The notes under the pieces are model-generated. The model saw only the letters and a program-made list of their open reading frames with translations, was not told the DNA's origin and made no database searches. A stretch of 64,000 bases of DNA from an uncultured Planctomycetales bacterium (GTDB taxonomy: Bacteria > Omnitrophota > Gorgyraeia > Zapsychrales > JANLHA01). Positions within the stretch are counted from its first letter, which is position 1. Each line of letters opens with the position of its first letter. Positions 63,999 through 64,000 of the stretch are shown piece after piece. Both the position numbers and the translations under genes were made by a program. Where the stretch lies: positions 135,743 to 199,742 of the forward strand of contig CAYJXI010000001.1 in the NCBI GenBank assembly GCA_964374105.1, given 5' to 3'.

Positions 63999-64000
63999 CT

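Noticed and set aside
522-63964. All minus-strand ORFs in the supplied track (61-181 aa, e.g. 6567..7112, 34410..34835, 60960..61382)
   Set aside because: They lie antisense to a continuous 64-kb sense ORF that carries conserved enzyme motifs. They are short, low-complexity, and are the expected stop-free stretches opposite a coding strand. No support for them as genes.
1-64000. Alternative genetic code (stop-codon reassignment) as an explanation for the missing stops
   Set aside because: All three stop codons are absent from frame 3 yet abundant in the other five frames. No known bacterial code reassigns all three, and conserved domains translate correctly with the standard code, including Trp at TGG positions. 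A true giant ORF is the simpler explanation.
1-64000. CRISPR arrays, tRNA/rRNA genes, IS/transposase or integrase genes, promoters and terminators
   Set aside because: There are no spacer-interleaved direct repeats, no tRNA-like cloverleaf candidates and no transposase or integrase motifs in any frame. Because the window is entirely intragenic, I make no promoter or terminator calls. The internal hairpins are reported as repeats, not terminators, since translation clearly continues through them.

Overview
The whole 64-kb window is one uninterrupted sense-strand reading frame: + strand, frame 3, codons starting at positions divisible by 3, nt 3..63998. There is no start or stop inside the window. 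That is about 21,332 codons of a single giant gene that runs off both edges. I translated it by hand and re-indexed the frame at checkpoints 5460, 6600, 17340, 21240, 30480, 39420, 41280, 47340, 54180 and 63960; all are in frame 3. The supplied ORF track agrees: it lists no plus-strand frame-3 ORF at all (one in-frame stop would have produced a very long listed ORF), only short out-of-frame or antisense ORFs of 181 aa or less. The encoded product is a mosaic megaprotein. Recognisable enzyme folds are a GT4 glycosyltransferase, a PglC/WbaP-type phosphoglycosyl transferase, a fold-type-II PLP enzyme, an M23-like peptidase, an SNF2 helicase, several SAM-methyltransferase-like folds, an atypical kinase-like domain, two GNAT-like domains, a HAD-like domain, a nucleotidyltransferase-like domain and a histidine phosphatase. 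There are at least 7 hydrophobic membrane-spanning segments, an internal twin-arginine-like signal motif and HEAT-like helical repeats. At least six families of internally repeated modules are ones I do not recognise. Several embedded enzymes keep the N-terminal sequence expected of standalone proteins, so the gene looks like an in-frame concatenation of formerly separate genes. DNA-level elements are superimposed on the coding sequence. There are pairs of the 13-bp interrupted palindrome GGGGACAGTCCCC whose two copies are read in different codon phases (GDSP then GTVP). There are GC-rich dyad-symmetric islands that share 10-11-mers, a canonical G-quadruplex motif, and a 3 x 2.1-kb in-frame tandem triplication. 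At 50280-50340 the conserved N-terminus of the HAD-like domain is encoded in the +1 frame between two homopolymer runs. This is either a compensated frameshift pair or a pair of sequencing errors. I saw no rRNA, tRNA, CRISPR or IS elements. Taxon is unknown. Giant multi-TM genes of this scale have been reported from uncultivated Omnitrophota, but I cannot assign taxonomy from sequence alone. Domain calls rest on motif recognition by eye; boundaries are approximate (about +/-30 nt) and no database search was possible.
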